The translations under genes were made by a program, and so were the position numbers. The notes below the pieces were generated by a model. That model searched no databases. It had not been told where the DNA came from and worked only from the letters and a program-made list of their open reading frames with translations. Positions 1-6,970 of a DNA stretch of 14,168 nucleotides are shown here, one piece after another. Source of the stretch: Pseudomonadota bacterium (GTDB lineage: Bacteria; Bdellovibrionota; FAC87; UBA2466); the NCBI GenBank assembly GCA_043718025.1, contig JAYSWN010000049.1:1-14168 (forward strand), read 5' to 3'. Each line of letters opens with the position of its first letter. Within the stretch, counting starts at the first letter, position 1.

Positions 1-44
1 GATGGGTATATCCGCTTGCCTGCCGCATTGACTTGGAACTGCAT
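1..44 (-). CDS. IS3-family transposase OrfA, N-terminal fragment (partial)
   Basis: ATG at 44 gives MQFQVNAAGKRIYP..., which runs off the window. KRIY resembles the basic R-x-Y start of IS3 OrfA HTH proteins. It lies just inside the putative IRL. Confidence 0.45.
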   Translation of the reverse strand, partial: MQFQVNAAGKRIYP

Positions 45-98
45 GATTCACTCTCTCTAGCATAAAGAAAGTGTCCGATCCAATTGGGGACAACTCCA
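1..98 (-). mobile_element. IS3-family insertion sequence, left end (rest lies outside the window)
   Basis: Minus strand from 98 reads TGGAGTTGTCCCCAATTGGATCGGACAC, a typical IS3-type terminal IR (5'-TG...CCCC...GGACAC). It is followed by TATGCT, GAGAGAG and an ATG at 44. Homology between repeat copy 1 and copy 3 stops at about 98/99. Confidence 0.7.
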
Positions 99-504
99 GT
101 CCGCGTCTGGAAACAAACCCGCTTGAATTTAGGTGGCTGACAATCTCGCTCCATTCTTTCCGTTCGCTGTCTCGAAGTCTGAGTATCAGACGTACCACCC
201 GGATTTCCTTCGAGCAGGTTACCAATCGTCCCGAAGTCACCCGCTGTCCGAAAGGAGGCTCGGGATACCGGAAATTGTCCGAAGATCTTCCACGTCCGAC
301 TGTCCGGTGGATGCCAGCCCTCCGGAGACGTGCGAGAACCATCTGCTTGGAGGCTCCGACCATTTCTGCGATCTGGGCCGCAGAAAGACCCTTTTCGACG
401 TAAAGTTGCTTCAAAACGGAGATGTCGGTGCGTTTCGGAGAGATCGGAAAATCAATGAAGTCTGTGAGATAGGAGCGGTTCGTCCAGCATCTGGCTTTGT
501 CCAA
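99..504 (-). pseudogene. HTH + Recombinase-domain protein, copy 1, 3' end cut by IS3
   Basis: Manual translation from TTG at 504: LDKARCWTNRSYLTDFIDFPISPKRTDISVLKQLYVEKGLSAAQIAEMVGASKQMVLARLRRAGIH...PPFGQ...WSEIVSHLNSSGFVSRRG, then IS3 sequence. Bases 101-503 align without gaps to 6522-6924, with about 35 mismatches in 403 nt by hand count (~91%). It is absent from the ORF track because the frame runs off the window. Confidence 0.85.
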
Positions 505-525
505 AATTTTCGCCTACCAGCGAAA
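478..525. other. att-like site 1 (hybrid: conserved left arm, foreign right arm)
   Basis: GTTCG at 478 and central CC at 501-502 (offset 23). Identical to site 3 up to CCA(503), then diverges abruptly. Confidence 0.65.
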
Positions 526-620
526 ATTAGATGTTTGATGTTAGATATTAGGTGTTTGAAAGACCTAGGACGGTGTTAGAAGGGCGAAAATTTTCCTCTA
601 ACACCAAACATCCAACATCT
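503..620. repeat. Hairpin + heptamer-repeat structured element, copy 1
   Basis: Stem AATTTTCGC(505-513)/GCGAAAATT(520-528). Heptamers TAGATGT TTGATGT TAGATAT TAGGTGT from 528. GGGCGAAAATTTTCCTCTA at 582-600. Complementary heptamers CTAACAC CAAACAT CCAACAT from 598. Confidence 0.75.
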
Positions 621-749
621 TCTTCATTCCCAACAACTTAACTATCTCTAATCTTCTCAACAACAATCCCCATGATGGTTGGAGTCGAACCCTTTCCACG
701 CTCCCCACACCCTATTCCCGTGCCTTTACAACTGCGGCATCTTGCCAGA

Positions 750-1112
750 ATGAGCTTCGAATTTGAGAACCTCGACGTCTACAAGAAATCCGTCGCCTGG
801 GCCGCCACAGTTGAAGCCTTAACCAAGACTTTGCGCAGACAGGTATCGCCGTCGCTCCTCGATCAATTAACTCGCGCCGCCCTTTCCATTCCTTTGAACA
901 TAGCCGAAGGGAACGGTCGTTGGCATAAAGCCGAAAAACGCCAGTTCCTATGGATTGCCCGTGGTTCTACGTTCGAGTGCGTTCCGATTCTTCAGGTCTT
1001 GCGCGAGAACGGTTTAATCGATGTGGAACAGCATTCAAGTTTCCGAGTTCAATTGATCGAAATTGGCCGAATGATCAATGGACTGCTGAAATCGATCGAG
1101 AAACTCAATTAG
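750..1112 (+). CDS. Four-helix-bundle protein (23S rRNA IVP / bAvd-like family)
   Basis: Family motifs FENLDVYKKS, DQLTRAALSIPLNIAEG.GR, FLWIARGS.FE and IGRMINGL. The ATG at 750 is preferred over 672 because the family N-terminus starts there. Confidence 0.9.
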   Translation: MSFEFENLDVYKKSVAWAATVEALTKTLRRQVSPSLLDQLTRAALSIPLNIAEGNGRWHKAEKRQFLWIARGSTFECVPILQVLRENGLIDVEQHSSFRVQLIEIGRMINGLLKSIEKLN

Positions 1113-1647
1113 CCCACTCGTTCTTGAGAAGGCTAAATACGACCTGGTCCACAAATCTGTCGTAGAGACGTTCGTTATCTCGAAGAACGCCTTCCTCTTT
1201 AAAACCCAGAGCCCTAGGAATTGCCTGACTCGCCTTATTGTCGGTGGCGCATCGGATCTCGATCCGATGGAGCCCCAAGTTCTTGAATGCGTAGCTTGTA
1301 ACTGCGCGAGTCGCTTTTTTCGCGAACTCGTTTCCACGAAACTCCTCGCCGATCCAGTAGCCGATCATTGCCTTTCGATTGAACCTATCTACCTCGACAA
1401 GATGGACTACGCCGGCGATCTTGTTGGCCGCTAAAAGTAGGAAGCAATACCCGTTCTCCTCGGCCATTAGTGCGAGCCGCGAATCAATATATCTTTCAGC
1501 ATCTGAAATGGTTTGCATCCCATCAAGCCACCCGAGCTGCTCTCGCAGGTACGCTCGATTGCGCTCTATGAGAGCGAAGAAGGCGGGAGCGTGGTGCTTT
1601 TGGATGGGCTGGAGCTCCAACTGATCGTCTATTTTTAGGCTGGACAT
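1105..1647 (-). CDS. RimJ/RimL-family GNAT N-acetyltransferase
   Basis: Motifs NRAYLREQLGW, IGYWIGEEFRGN, LGLHRIEIRCATDNKASQAIPRALGFKEEGVLRD. Start at ATG 1647; the upstream extension to 1785 overlaps copy 2. Confidence 0.9.
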   Translation of the reverse strand: MSSLKIDDQLELQPIQKHHAPAFFALIERNRAYLREQLGWLDGMQTISDAERYIDSRLALMAEENGYCFLLLAANKIAGVVHLVEVDRFNRKAMIGYWIGEEFRGNEFAKKATRAVTSYAFKNLGLHRIEIRCATDNKASQAIPRALGFKEEGVLRDNERLYDRFVDQVVFSLLKNEWAN

Positions 1648-1653
1648 GAGCGA

Positions 1654-1682
1654 ATAGTACTCCTGCGGCAAGACCGCTGCAA
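1654..1682 (-). promoter_or_regulatory. Putative sigma70 promoter of the GNAT gene
   Basis: TTGCAG-17 nt-TACTAT, 6 nt before the ATG at 1647. Confidence 0.45.
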
Positions 1683-1696
1683 CGAAACGAGATCGA

Positions 1697-2176
1697 TTAA
1701 ATCTTACCGGTCCAGCGCTTGTGGACCCGTTTAACTCCAACCGAGTTCCAAAGTTGATTTCTCCTGGTCGCCAACCCCTTGGCATTCAGCTGGCGAACAA
1801 TATCCGCCCATTTAGCCTCCTTCCGGTCCCGAAGCTCGACAATAAACCGAGCGATGACCATCTCTTTCCGGTTCACCACCAACCTTCGATCCGAGGTAAT
1901 TCGGTATCCAAACGGTGGTATCCGATATCGAAAATTGTACGGCGACCGACCACGGTCCTTTGTCCGGTGCACTCCTGCCCGACGTAGCCGCGCAAGAACC
2001 AGCTGCTTCGAGACACCAAATTGCTCGGCTAATTGAGAGGCCGTGCGGCCCTCTTCGAGGTAAAGTTTCTTCAAAAGCGAAGAATCCACTCGTCTCGGTG
2101 AGATCGGAAAATCAAGGAAGTCGGTGAGATAACCGCGGTTCGTGCAGCGTCCGGCTTTGTCCACCAACCTGGACAA
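1697..2176 (-). CDS. HTH + Recombinase (PF07508-like) DNA-binding protein without catalytic domain, copy 2
   Basis: HTH segment LKKLYLEEGRTASQLAEQFGVSKQLVLARLRRAG, then PPFGY and IVRQLNAKGLATRRNQLW..VGVKRV, typical of the LSR recombinase domain. No Y-x-R-x-S resolvase motif. Start is TTG 2176, TTG 2167 or GTG 2164; an in-frame TGA lies a few codons upstream. Confidence 0.8.
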   Translation of the reverse strand: MSRLVDKAGRCTNRGYLTDFLDFPISPRRVDSSLLKKLYLEEGRTASQLAEQFGVSKQLVLARLRRAGVHRTKDRGRSPYNFRYRIPPFGYRITSDRRLVVNRKEMVIARFIVELRDRKEAKWADIVRQLNAKGLATRRNQLWNSVGVKRVHKRWTGKI

Positions 2177-2185
2177 TACTCGAAC
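2138..2185. other. att-like site 2 (symmetric, attP-like)
   Basis: GTTCG(2138-2142)...CGAAC(2181-2185), centred on CC 2161-2162. Contains TTGTCCA-6 nt-TGGACAA (2157-2176) and CCACCA. Confidence 0.7.
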
Positions 2186-2283
2186 ACGTCCGGAAGTGTT
2201 TCATATCACTCTAGTTTTAGAATCCCCCCGTTCGATTCGGAAAAACAGGCCCGGGCTGGAACCGAACCGTGGTCGAACACCAT
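2182..2283. repeat. Conserved cassette left end, copy a (palindrome + 32-bp motif)
   Basis: GAACACGTCCGGAAGTGTTT (2182-2201) and CGGGCTGGAACCGAACCGTGGTCGAACACCAT (2252-2283). The latter is 29/32 identical to 7013-7044 at identical spacing from the core. Confidence 0.8.
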
Positions 2284-2386
2284 CTAAAGAAATGGCCAAC
2301 GGAGTTCTACTTGGACAGAACCTTCTCAACCGTCGCAACACTCGAAAGGAACCTCCCACTGCCAGCCAACCGCAGGGGGAGTTGAG

Positions 2387-3301
2387 TCACACCGACTTGC
2401 CGCCCACCGAGACCCGGAAGTTTTTCTCCGCCCAGGTTGCAAAATCAGTTGCAGGTTTGTCGGCGACTTGGTTTGCCAATTTGATTTGAGCATCATAGTT
2501 CGCGCCCAGATAAGTGTGGCTTTCGAAATAAGCAAACATTTGGGCAAGCTCACGTGCGCCGTTGAAGAAGGTCGAAAAGACCTCAACCGGGACTGAGTTG
2601 AAGGTAAACTTGTGACCCTGTTTATTGAGCGTACTCACAATGTCGTTAAAGCTTAGTAAACCACCCACCAAAGGGAGGTACTGTCCGTTGCCCACCTTCT
2701 CAGGATGCGCAAAAGCACCTGCAACGACATTCCCAAGCTCGGTGATATCTCCCATGTGAACGGCTTTCACCGTCGGATCGATCGGCAATGTCCAGCCTAT
2801 TGAGCCGTCCTGCTTTGATTGAGGCGCGAGCGTGATATTCAGATTTTGAAAAAAGAACGGCGCTATGACAAACGTATGGTGCCTAAAACCGCCATTCTTG
2901 ACTACGTCATCTACTTTCGCTTTCTCGGTAAAATGTGGGACATCAAACTTACCGCCGCTGATCCTTTCAACGTTGGGCAGCGTTGACCAAATGAAATGCT
3001 GAACGCCAGCCTTTTTCGCTGCTTCGACGGCCGCCATGCCTTGTGTCAGTTCATCGGTGCCTTTTTCCCAGAAATTGGTGACTGCGAAGACCCCGTAAGC
3101 ATCTTTGAACGCGGCTTTGAGTGTTTCCGGGCGGTTAAGATCTGCCTCAACGACTTCATCGCCGATACCCTGGTGCCTACTGGGGTTGCGGGTTAACGCG
3201 CGGACATGGAATTTACCACTCGCTTGAAGTGCTCGAACAACACCGCCGCCTTGGTTTCCAGTTGCGCCTAGGACCGCAATAATTTTCTTTGTAGAGGACA
3301 T
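2387..3301 (-). CDS. NmrA/HSCARG-family NAD(P)-binding protein
   Basis: Rossmann motif IAVLGATGNQGGGV, then VRALTRNP, AFKDAYGVFAVTNFW, AGVQHFIWSTLP and VPHFTEKAKV. Confidence 0.92.
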   Translation of the reverse strand: MSSTKKIIAVLGATGNQGGGVVRALQASGKFHVRALTRNPSRHQGIGDEVVEADLNRPETLKAAFKDAYGVFAVTNFWEKGTDELTQGMAAVEAAKKAGVQHFIWSTLPNVERISGGKFDVPHFTEKAKVDDVVKNGGFRHHTFVIAPFFFQNLNITLAPQSKQDGSIGWTLPIDPTVKAVHMGDITELGNVVAGAFAHPEKVGNGQYLPLVGGLLSFNDIVSTLNKQGHKFTFNSVPVEVFSTFFNGARELAQMFAYFESHTYLGANYDAQIKLANQVADKPATDFATWAEKNFRVSVGGKSV

Positions 3302-3408
3302 GATTAATATTTCCTTTGTGGTTCGTTGATTAACGTTTCAGTCGATTTTACTGAGCACGAACCAAGAACTGCCCCTTTCAAGATTTAGAGCGCTTGCGAG
3401 GTACTTGA

Positions 3409-3885
3409 TCAACGGCTCGGGCGTGCCTTGTTGAACATGTACCGAGATATTTTCCAATCGTCCCCGACTTTGACAAAAAGAAAGAACTCCCGGTTCTCTT
3501 CTGGCCCGGTAACTTTATTTGAGAGAACGGTTACCTCTCCCTTGGATGCGGTGCGAGCAAACGCGACATTTCCCGAAACAACGATCTCATCAACCGTAAA
3601 TTTAATGCGCAGCTTTATGGCACTGAAAACGTGATTGTAAGCCGCGACTAATTGTTCCCGCCCTCTCGCCGTTGGTGCCTCTGTTGGCATGAAGATACCG
3701 TCGTCCGCATAAAGGTCGACAGCATCCTTCGTGCTGGAACTATTCAACGCCGCCTCGTATCGGCTTAACTGCTTTTGAATCTTTTCTTCTTCCATACCAT
3801 TCTCCTGGTTAAGTGGGCTCCGGCCCCAACTGCAAGGGCCCGAGGTTAAAAACGCTAGAAATAAGATTGCTGAAAGCTGCTTCAT
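3409..3885 (-). CDS. SnoaL-like / NTF2-family (DUF4440, YybH-like) protein
   Basis: Motifs YEAALNSS, LYADDGIFMP, GREQL and WKISRYMFN. Hydrophobic N-terminus may be a signal peptide. SD-like GGGAGA upstream. Confidence 0.85.
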   Translation of the reverse strand: MKQLSAILFLAFLTSGPCSWGRSPLNQENGMEEEKIQKQLSRYEAALNSSSTKDAVDLYADDGIFMPTEAPTARGREQLVAAYNHVFSAIKLRIKFTVDEIVVSGNVAFARTASKGEVTVLSNKVTGPEENREFFLFVKVGDDWKISRYMFNKARPSR

Positions 3886-3893
3886 GAATCTCC

Positions 3894-5420
3894 CTATCTG
3901 ATATTCATTCTAAGGATTCCGATTTCCTTCTCGGGGATTTCCAAAAATTTGGCCATTTGTTTCCGCCATTGTTCTAGGATGGGCATCCGGTGTGCCAGGA
4001 CCAAGGTGGGTAGCCGTCGCTTTGCAATGACGGCGCAGGCCATCACTGTCTTTCCGGCTCCCGGAGGTGCCACGAGAACCCCACTTTCGTGGGGAATAAG
4101 CGCCTTTACCGCTTTGTTTTGTTCGGGAGATAGCTCTCCATGAAACGAAAGCGAAGTCTTTCGATGCCTAGGCCTTTCATCTCGAACTACGATTTGGCTC
4201 CCGGCCAACTTCAAAATCTCAAGACATCGATCGAGGGTCCCTCTTGGCAACATTAGCAAGTCACCATCCATCTCACCGCAACAGATGAATCGAGGAATAT
4301 TCCAGGTGGAAAATCTGAGGCGTTGTTTCTCGAAGAATATTGGATTGGCAAACGTCGCGGTTCGCTTTAGCGCCGCTATGAGAGGTGACGGGAGGCCCTT
4401 CAAGCTAATTTTTATCTGCGAACCCAAATGGATTTCGACTTGCTCGGGATAGCAGCCCGGCTGAATTTTTCGGGCTCCGGAATCCAACAACTTTTCAGTA
4501 CGCAAGACTTCCGCATCATCCGTAGGCACGAGTTCGAGTGAAAGCGAAGTATCCAGAACTCTATCAAGCAACCCTTGGACTTCAACTGCCGATAAGCGTG
4601 GGACAGATGCCAAGTATTTCCATTGGTCGGTGATGGGAGTTAGGCTGTCATCCAAAAACAAGGTATTTCCGTTCTCCCGAGGCTTTCTCTGGAGAGGCAA
4701 AGCGATCAGATTGCCGAATCCGCCCCTTGGAAGACAGTCCTGATTCGGAAAAAATCGATCGTAACTCTTGAGGCTGAGCCCATGTCTCTTCGAGGAAGTC
4801 CGAGCCATGATGGCGGTACCCATTTGTCTCGCCAATCTTGCGGAAACCGGTTCACAGAACAAAATCCACGCATGGCCGCCGTCGCCGGATCTTGAACGCT
4901 CAATTGCTGCCGTGATTCCCAATTCAGATGCAGCGCTCCGAAAAGCGATGATGTCCTCCCGCCAAGACGATCCATCAAAATCGGCTGCCAAAAAGGCACA
5001 GGAGCCATCTTCCCGAATGGCGTAAGTGCCTAGCGTTTCACTTCCCTCAAGATGTCTCCGGATAGCGTTGGCTTCCAATAACGGAAACGCGTGGTTCGGG
5101 CATTCACTACATTTCACTTTGGGTTTGTCGCAGATTCCTGAGCGCCATTCATTATCGCAGGCCGGAGAGTAGCCTTTCTTGCCCGTCTTATAGTTTTCCC
5201 AAAGCTTCGGAAAGACTTCCTTTCGGCAAACGAACAAGTACTCAAACAGACTAATTTTCTCTTCTGGACTGGTTGGGGTTAGTGAACGGGCTGGCTTTCC
5301 TAACGGTCCGGTCAGTTTTTCCGCTTCTGACGCAACGACATCCGCAAGCTCGACAAGAAGTCGTTTTTCTTCCTGTCGTAATTCTCTAAGTCGAGTTTCG
5401 ATTTCAACTTTGCGGTTCAT
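3894..5420 (-). pseudogene. AEP (TOTE-type) primase + SF2/ResIII helicase, C-terminally truncated
   Basis: Primase-type motifs GYSPACDNEW, CDKPKVKCSECPN, FLAADFD, ERSRSGDGGHAW, YDRFFPNQD and GGFGNLIALPLQ. Helicase Walker A APPGAGKT and motif Ia LVLAHR..LEQW are present, but the ORF stops before any DExH motif. Confidence 0.8.
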
Positions 5421-5450
5421 TTGGTCAACACAGCCTGCTTTTAGCTGGCT

Positions 5451-5936
5451 TTACGCGACCTGGACCGCATTTGCGAGCTTTGGATCGAGTAACTGGTCCA
5501 GCTCTCTAATTTCCTGAAGGCGTGTTTTTCCACCATGACCGCCGGTCACGAAATCAGTGGCTAACGCAAGAAGGGCCAAGGCCGCAAAGTGATCGATAGA
5601 AGAGTTTCGTTGAGCCGCCCTCGTAAATGTGGAGGGATCCATTCCGCCGGCTAGTACCGCGAACTCCTGCACCGAGAGCCCAATGGATTTTCTAATCCAC
5701 TGTGCTACTTTGCCAGGAAGTTTCTCGGCCTGATGCGCATAAAATTTAATCAATCCGGAGAGAAGCTTTTTGTTCTGCTCCGCTGAAACTACCATGTCCT
5801 TCAACACATCTCCGCACTTGGGACATTCGAGCACCTTTAGCCCACGGATCTTAAAGGTTGGGCCACCCTCAATTTCTACTACTTCATCAATCGTTTTGGG
5901 TGCCATGACACCCTTTTGGCAATTTTGGCATTTCAT
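5451..5936 (-). CDS. YgiT-type zinc finger + HTH protein (MqsA-like antitoxin)
   Basis: MKCQNC...LECPKCGD zinc finger followed by the HTH WIRKSIGLSVQEFAVL. ATGA overlap with the upstream gene. Confidence 0.75.
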   Translation of the reverse strand: MKCQNCQKGVMAPKTIDEVVEIEGGPTFKIRGLKVLECPKCGDVLKDMVVSAEQNKKLLSGLIKFYAHQAEKLPGKVAQWIRKSIGLSVQEFAVLAGGMDPSTFTRAAQRNSSIDHFAALALLALATDFVTGGHGGKTRLQEIRELDQLLDPKLANAVQVA

Positions 5937-6379
5937 CGATCTTTCCTCCTAGTCACCGAAACTGAAATTTTTCTCCTCACCCCGCCACCAGGCGCCTCTT
6001 CGTAGTCCGAATGAGACTTCAACCAGTCCTTCTTTATCTTCGCGTCATCCTTCCCTGGTTCATAGGCAGTTCCCACCCTTACTTGAAACGCATCCTGAAC
6101 AACCAGAGTGTCGTTGCCGTCTTCGTTCACCAGCGCACACTGTAGTTCAAGAAGTCTTCCATCCACGTCCCTGCCACGCCAGAGAAGCGTTAAGTCCCCC
6201 GGGCGAACTCTTTCGACCTTACCGTTTTCAAGAGCCTTTCTGACATCAGACTCCAAGATCTCCCGCCAAATACGGTCCTTCTCGATGTGTCTCGCGCGGA
6301 TGAAAACCCGTTCCGGCGCACTTTGCACAAGCTCGCGAATCTTAGTGGTGTATTGCCCAAGAGAAGCCTGACTCATCAT
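5933..6379 (-). CDS. DUF4258-like putative toxin with C-terminal extension
   Basis: RHIEKDRIWREILESDVRKALENGKVE...LLWRGRDVDGRLLEL...LVV matches the DUF4258 pattern. Translationally coupled to a YgiT-finger/HTH gene. Confidence 0.65.
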   Translation of the reverse strand: MMSQASLGQYTTKIRELVQSAPERVFIRARHIEKDRIWREILESDVRKALENGKVERVRPGDLTLLWRGRDVDGRLLELQCALVNEDGNDTLVVQDAFQVRVGTAYEPGKDDAKIKKDWLKSHSDYEEAPGGGVRRKISVSVTRRKDR

Positions 6380-6384
6380 TTATG

Positions 6385-6413
6385 ATAATGCCCGTAATTG
6401 GTGAATTTGTCAA
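6385..6413 (-). promoter_or_regulatory. Putative sigma70 promoter of the TA operon
   Basis: TTGACA-17 nt-CATTAT, 5 nt before the ATG at 6379. Confidence 0.55.
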
Positions 6414-6460
6414 TATATGAAGATTAATTCACTGTGGCTGCGCAATGGTAGGTCGGCTTC

Positions 6461-6970
6461 CTAGAGTTTTCCACCCCAGCGCGTATGGATCCTTTTTACT
6501 CGTATCCTGGTCAACGGGAACCCGCGCCTGGAAACAAACCCGCTTGAATTTAGGTGGCTGACAATCTCGCTCCATTCTTTCCGTTCGGTGTCTCGAAGTC
6601 TGAGTATCAGACGTACTACCCGAATTTCCGTCGAGCACGTTACCAATCGCCCCGAAACTACTTTCTGTCCGAAGGGAGGCTCGGGGTATCGGAAATTGTC
6701 CGGAGATCTTCCCCGTCCAGTTGTTCGGTGGATGCCAGCCCTGCGGATACGGGCAAGAACCATCTGCTTTGAGACGCCGACCATTTCGGCGATCTGGGCC
6801 GCAGAAAGCCCCTTTTCGACGTAAAGTTGCTTGAAAACGGAGATGTCGATGCGTTTCGGAGAGATCGGAAAATCAATGAAGTCGGTGAGATAAGAGCGGT
6901 TCGTCCAGCATCTGGCTTTGTCCACCAATCTGGACAATACTAGAACACTTCCGGAAGTGTTCCACATCAT
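6461..6970 (-). CDS. HTH + Recombinase-domain protein without catalytic domain, copy 3
   Basis: Paralogue of copies 1, 2 and 4 (YLTDF, KQLYVEKGLSAAQIA, SKQMVLAR, PPFG, IVSHLNSSG..SRRG). True start is probably TTG 6937, TTG 6928 or GTG 6925, since the upstream ATGs are not conserved in copy 2. Confidence 0.8.
   Translation of the reverse strand: MMWNTSGSVLVLSRLVDKARCWTNRSYLTDFIDFPISPKRIDISVFKQLYVEKGLSAAQIAEMVGVSKQMVLARIRRAGIHRTTGRGRSPDNFRYPEPPFGQKVVSGRLVTCSTEIRVVRLILRLRDTERKEWSEIVSHLNSSGFVSRRGFPLTRIRVKRIHTRWGGKL
6899..6946. other. att-like site 3 (symmetric, attP-like)
   Basis: GTTCG(6899)...AGAAC(6942-6946), centred on CC 6922-6923. TTGTCCA-6 nt-TGGACAA at 6918-6937; contains CCACCA. Confidence 0.7.

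Larger units (their letters stand above)
503..2162. mobile_element. Putative cassette unit 0 (1660 bp between att-like cores)
   Basis: Bounded by the CC cores at 501-502 and 2161-2162. Contains the structured repeat, four-helix-bundle gene, GNAT and copy 2. Its left end is not of the attP' type, so unit status is less certain. Confidence 0.35.
2163..6923. mobile_element. Putative non-autonomous mini-island A (4761 bp between att cores)
   Basis: Bounded by directly repeated att-like sites 2 and 3. Conserved ~120-bp left end and the HTH-recombinase gene at the right end. Cargo: NmrA, SnoaL-like protein, truncated primase-helicase, TA pair. Confidence 0.55.

Noticed and set aside
71..579. Plus-strand ORFs 71-403 and 133-579 and their look-alikes 6554-6772 and 6588-6824
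   Set aside because: Antisense shadows of the repeated minus-strand gene. Their similarity simply follows the DNA repeat, and their lengths are not conserved.
503..670. CRISPR array or classical integron attC in the short-repeat tracts
   Set aside because: The repeats are adjacent heptamers without spacers. No cas or intI gene is present, and I could not place RYYYAAC/GTTRRRY boxes at the ends.
675..695. tRNA-like fragment GGGTTCGACTCC on the minus strand
   Set aside because: Only 2-3 bp of T-stem can form and there is no cloverleaf around it.
101..1112. Diversity-generating retroelement (Avd-like gene plus the copy 1/copy 3 repeat as TR/VR)
   Set aside because: No reverse transcriptase in the window, and the copy 1/copy 3 mismatches are not adenine-specific.
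2138..2166. Intact tRNA gene at GGTTCG...TCCACCA
   Set aside because: The spacing is 5 nt too long, there is no T-stem or cloverleaf, and it overlaps a conserved coding frame. Treated as an att-like site instead.
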